Shown: piece after piece, positions 57,307 to 64,000 of the stretch
Position numbering within the stretch: the stretch's first letter is position 1
How the letters are laid out: each line of letters starts with the position of its first letter
Source: Octopus vulgaris
Lineage: Eukaryota
NCBI GenBank assembly: GCA_951406725.2
Contig: OX597831.1
Location: forward strand, 46,190,001-46,254,000
DNA length: 64,000 nt
Direction of reading: 5' to 3'
Position numbers and translations under genes: made by a program
The notes under the pieces: model-generated
Told to the model about the DNA's origin: nothing
The model's database searches: none
Seen by the model: only the letters and a program-made list of their open reading frames with translations

Positions 57307-58590
57307 GAGGGACGTTCAATAAGTAATGCCTCTGACCCACTTGCAGTTGTTTGATCTAGCTGCAATTTTGCATGTGCAATTAGTCTCTATAGAGTAAGTG
57401 GCAAATTACAGCTCTGAATTAATTGTGGTTTCTGATTTACAGGTGTTTGAACCGAGTCAAGTGTGAAATGGAGCCTGTTGAGTGTCGAGCAGTGATCCGG
57501 TTTTTGTATTTGAAAGGACGCACACCACGGGAGACTTTTGATGAAATGAAAGTAACTTATGGTGATGATGCCCCATCATATGACCTTGTAAAACGCTGGC
57601 ATCGTGAATTCAAACATGGTCGGAACTCTGTGGAAACAGCTCCCAGAGCTGGTCGCCCCCTTCTGCCATTGATGAGGCATCTGTCCGTCAAGTTGAGGCT
57701 GCCATTTTGGAAGATCGACGCATAGTTATTCGCCAAATAGCCCATGAGGTCAAGATTAGTACCGGGTCTGTGGAAACTATCATTCATGACCATTTGCATA
57801 TGCAAAAGGTGTCTGCCAGATGGATTCCCAGGTTGCTCACGCCTTTCCAGAAGCAAGAACGCGTCAAGTGCTCGAGGGTGAATTTGGAGATGTGCCAAGA
57901 AGATGAGTCAAAATTTTTCAAAAGACTGATTACACAGAATGAAACCTGGGTCCATCACGATGATCCAGAGACCAAATCCCAGTCAATGCAGTGGAAGCAC
58001 CGTGACTCACCCCCTCCAAAGAAGGCAAGGGTGCAGCCCTCCGCTGGCAAGGTCATGCTCACAGTCTTCTGGGACCAGGACGGAGTAGTGATGACAGATT
58101 TCCTGGCAAAGGGTACCACAATTGCAGGAGCCTATTATGCTTCACTTTTGAGGAAATTAAGAGAAGTTATCAAAATCAAGAGGCGGGGCAAGATCAGCAA
58201 AGGAATCCTCCTCCTGCAGGACAACGCTCCGGTCCACAACTCGCTTGTCGCCAGATTAGTAGCACAGGCGTATGGCTATGAACTCCTCCCCATCCCCCCT
58301 ACTTTCCTGACCTTGCACCCTCTGATTTTCACCTCTTCCCAATATGAAGTTGTTTTTGAAAGGAAAGCGTTTCCCAGATGATGCAGCCTTGATTTCTGAA
58401 GTGACGTTGAGGTTGGAGGACCAAGCTGGGTTCTTCTACAAAAACGGTCTCCAGAGCCGCATCAAACGATGGGAGAAATGCGTAACTCTGGGTGGTTCCT
58501 ATGTAGAAAAAGACTAATAACTGTGCCAAGTTTCGTTGCTCTACTCTTATGGGAAGTGGATCAGGGGCATTACTTATAGAACGCCCCTCG
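57306..58590 (+). mobile_element. Full-length defective mariner transposon (irritans-like)
   Basis: TA TSDs; ~30-bp TIRs cgagggacgttcaataagtaatgcc / ggcattacttatagaacgcccctcg. Transposase ~57468-58517 with an HTH, WIPRLL, QNETW (catalytic D to N), LQDNAP and YFPDLAPSDF; at least two frameshifts. Confidence 0.93.
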
Positions 58591-58597
58591 TATGTCC

Positions 58598-58644
<47 letters not shown>

Positions 58645-59396
58645 GTTTTTGTTTTTGTTTTTTTTATTGTATTTTTGTATTTATATTCGTGTAACATCAT
58701 CTGCTTTTCCGTCCTTGTTTCGTATGCATTGGATGCTTTTTTCCGTGGAATCTAATGCTTTTAGCTTAGTGTTTCCTTGGGGCTGGCAAGATTGCCGCAA
58801 TTTCAAGACTAATCAGCCGAAATTGCGAGTATGATTCGGTTCTTGACTGAAGATAAAAGGCTTCGAATGACCCGTCCGTGTTTTTTTTTGTATCGTCTAT
58901 CTAGATGTTTTGTTGTCCTTTTTTGTATCACCTAGTTGTCCGGATGTTTTGCGTTCTTGTCCAATTTTGTATTTTATTTGATATATATATATAGCGGGGT
59001 ACTTACACTTTGTTCTCTTATATGTAAGTACACATTTCACTAAATTTTGTACGACTTTTTCAACACTCTCTCCCCCTCTCTCTCACATTTCTTTGCCTTT
59101 CTGACTCACTCTGCACTTCGCTATGTCCCTGTCTCTCTCTTTTTTTCTCGCCACTCCTTGATTCTTCCGTCTATCTACCTCTACACACTCTCTCTCTGTC
59201 ATCTCCCCCTCCTTAATTCCTTTGTTTCTCTTTTCCTCTCTTTTCTCTTCTCACGTGACCGTTGGCCGACTGCTAGCCCTTTTTGAGTCTGACATCGGTC
59301 ACATCGACATCCTTCCCTCTGCCGTAAGGCTTCATTAGTACACACACAAGCTGAATTCAATTCGTCCCCAGTCGAGAGACGCCTGTTGTTATGTCC

Positions 59397-61600
<2,204 letters not shown>

Positions 61601-61601
61601 T

Positions 61602-62067
61602 TTTTTTTTCATTTTTCAAATTTGCTTCCATTTCTTGCCGAGTGTCTTCCCGACTCCTAGGGCAAAGAAACTCATAGTATACATTGGTAGGCCAGTAAAC
61701 CAAACTCAATAGTTCGTTCATTTTTTAAATTTTTTTTTAAAGTTAAATTAAAATACATGAACAGCAACAGTTCTCACATCGACAATGCTCTTCTCAATAC
61801 GTGTGATGTACCAGTTAAGGCAATCTTTTGCACTTCTTGCAGGGATGGTAAGCCAGGGATCATTCTCATATAATTTTCTGTTCCCTTCTTGATCATTCCT
61901 AGTGCTCCTACGATCACTGGTATTGTAACCGCCTTGAGGTGCCACATTTTCTCAATTTCAATGAGTAAGTCTTTATATTTTCTGAGCTTGTCAAACTCTT
62001 TCGCTGAGATATTATGATCACAGGGGATGCTCATGTCGATCAATAAGCAAACTTTATTGTTTTGGTC

Positions 62068-62070
<3 letters not shown>
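61602..62070 (-). mobile_element. R4/Dong-type LINE 3' end (restriction-like endonuclease) within (TAA)n
   Basis: LIDMSIPCD...KEFDKLRKYKDL...VIVGALG, with (TAA)n on both sides. Confidence 0.82.
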
Positions 62071-62136
<66 letters not shown>

Positions 62137-62139
62137 ATC

Positions 62140-62585
62140 ATTGCTTTTGCATAGCTTCTATCGCTAAAGATGTTTTACATTGGCAGCTGTTCACTACCTG
62201 TGAACTAAAGTAACAAATTTTATATAATTTTCGAGAAACTTTGGGAGTATTCGAGCGATTACAAGCAGTGCTGTTTCCTGCAAGTGTTCCACCCTTATTG
62301 CAGCCCCTATTTGTTCCATGTACTTCTCGAGATTTTTACTCACTGTTCCCAGGGCTCCGACAATTACTGGTACCACTACCACCTTTTTCATCGACCATAA
62401 CTGCTTTACCTGCCAAGCTTTTCTTTCTTCCTTACCGCATACCTTGTCGTCAGCTGGGCGTGCTATATCTATGATCCAGCATAGTTTGCTTTCTTTCTCA
62501 AGTAAGACTATGGCTGGCTTCCTATTTTCTATCTCATGGTCACATTGAATCATAAAATCCCACAGGATCTTTGCAGAACGATATT
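62140..62585 (-). mobile_element. Second R4/Dong-type LINE 3' end (RLE domain)
   Basis: IQCDHEIENRKPAIV...WIIDIARP...VIVGALG, adjoining a (TAA)n tract. Confidence 0.8.
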
Positions 62586-62749
62586 TTTGTAGATATCAAA
62601 AATGACTTCAAAATGGCGTCGTTTTCGTCTCCGAGTCAAGAAGAGAGGAGAGAGGAAGATGTTTTGAGGATGAAATCATCTTTGATAGCCAACGTTTTTG
62701 AAACAATTTTGCAGACTTTATTAAAAGTATTAGTAGCAGTATCAGTAGA

Positions 62750-62767
62750 AATAACAGCAGCAGCAGC

Positions 62768-62831
<64 letters not shown>

Positions 62832-62833
62832 GC

Positions 62834-62865
<32 letters not shown>

Positions 62866-62900
62866 GAACAACAACAACAACAACAACAACATCAACAACA
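62750..62900. repeat. (CAA)n/(CAG)n microsatellite
   Basis: Directly visible. Confidence 0.9.
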
Positions 62901-62999
62901 CCGATAGGCGCAGCAAGAACAAATGATAGGCCAGACACAGAAGCTCACAAAATCACCAGCAGTATCAGCAGCAATAGAAGCATCGGCACCATCGGTAGC

Positions 63000-63390
63000 A
63001 ACATTCTGGGCGGGACTCTGGGCTCCAATGTGGTTCAATGGCTTGTTCGTTCCAGAGGACTTTCCAACGCGGGACCCATAAACCTTTTACCTTTTACTGG
63101 ATGAAGGGCATTGCCATTTCGAGATAAACTCTACAAGCATGGAAGTGCCACGTAACCGGGCCTGGCGAAGCTGCACGTCGAGACACGAAACTATTCTGTA
63201 TGCATTTGTCCAGTGCCTGAGCATTGCTGACTCTTGGGTTTAAGTTGAACACTTGTTCCATGTAGGACGAATCCGGCTGTGAAGCAAGTCAATAGTGGGA
63301 ATCGACGATCTACCTTTCTTTGACAAAAAAGGGCAGTTCATTTTTCTCTTGCCGGTCTATATAGCAAAAGAAGTGGTGTGGCTTGCTCCT
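63000..63390 (+). mobile_element. Decayed L1/Tx1 ORF2 C-terminal fragment
   Basis: RALPFRDKLYKHG...ETILYAFVQC resembles RGALPVRDKLARHG...ETVPHAIVHCP of the element at 41244. Confidence 0.65.
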
Positions 63391-63569
63391 GTGGACGGGT
63401 ATTTTCCTCTCAAACCCAGATGGAATCTTTACTTCAAAGTCTGTGGTCCCGACGGGAAAGCCTGCGAGGTTTGAAAAGTATGTAAATAAACTGTATTTAA
63501 TAAAATAAAAGTGGTATCGAGCCTTTTAAACTTACCAGAAGAAGGAATAATTTATATACATGTTTGTTC

Positions 63570-63850
63570 CTTCAAGAGCCATGCCTGGCTTATAAGGGTC
63601 GGTTTCCCGGTTTCATTGGCGTATAGGTTCCCCACCTGGACGGGACGCCGGTCCGTCGCAGGTGAGCTGCAAGATGCAGGAGAAAAGGGTGAGAGAAAGT
63701 TGTGGTGAAAGAGTCAGCAGAAGCTCACCATTACCTTCTACCGGAGCCGCGTGGTGCTTAGCTGTTTCGCTCATAAACGGTCTGAGATTCGAACCGGCGA
63801 TCCCTCGACCGCGAGTCCGCTGCTCTGACCACTAGGCCATGTGCCTCCAC
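63570..63850 (-). mobile_element. tRNA-derived SINE with V-SINE-like core
   Basis: Head gtggaggcacatggcctagtggtcagagc...ggttcgaatc (A/B boxes) and core cctgcgacggaccggcgtcccgtccagg. Confidence 0.75.
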
Positions 63851-64000
63851 AATTTATATACATGCATACTATAATTTGTCATGTCGTTAAAAAAGAGGCA
63901 GCGGCAAAGAATCTTTACTAATAATATTTTAGTGGAGAACCACTGATCGAGATAATTGCCTTTGTTCAGCGTCGGAGAGGCAGGAAAGAGCAGTTCTTGA

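Noticed and set aside
62571-63104. Thr-rich mucin-like 177-aa ORF
   Set aside because: A (CAA)n microsatellite between TE fragments.
63770-63850. tRNA gene
   Set aside because: The A/B boxes belong to a SINE head and there is no complete cloverleaf; the same applies to 17240-17310.

Overview
AT-rich, microsatellite-dense eukaryotic DNA whose SINE, LINE and simple-repeat content suggests a cephalopod (octopus-like) genome; this is an inference. Positions ~1-47800 are a tandem segmental array with ~9-14 kb units. Each unit carries one uninterrupted minus-strand class A (rhodopsin-like) GPCR ORF (8443-9501, 20824-21882, 31791-32867, 45602-46684) plus co-duplicated decayed elements: a CR1-type RT fragment, an R4/Dong-type LINE and a Helitron-like end. 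A fifth, decayed GPCR 3' relic at ~55525-55660 and diverged unit-flank relics at ~50870-51365 and ~56060-56510 show the array was once larger. Notable details: (i) a ~100 bp templated copy of the neighbouring LINE inserted into the 3' end of GPCR copies 1 and 2, giving a new C-terminus; (ii) a conserved splice acceptor 65 nt upstream of the ATG with an open in-frame extension; (iii) mosaic (gene conversion-like) relationships among units; (iv) an assembly gap at 44562-44661 that probably hides part of the array. Unit-specific insertions include a GG-ended TIR element with 8-bp TSD, a CR1 3' end, tRNA-SINEs, a near-intact L1/Tx1-type ORF2 and Penelope-type hammerhead-like motifs. The right end holds R4/Dong fragments, a full-length defective mariner and a ~0.5 kb satellite built from inverted (AAT)n/(ATT)n tracts. 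All comparisons were made by eye; no searches were run.
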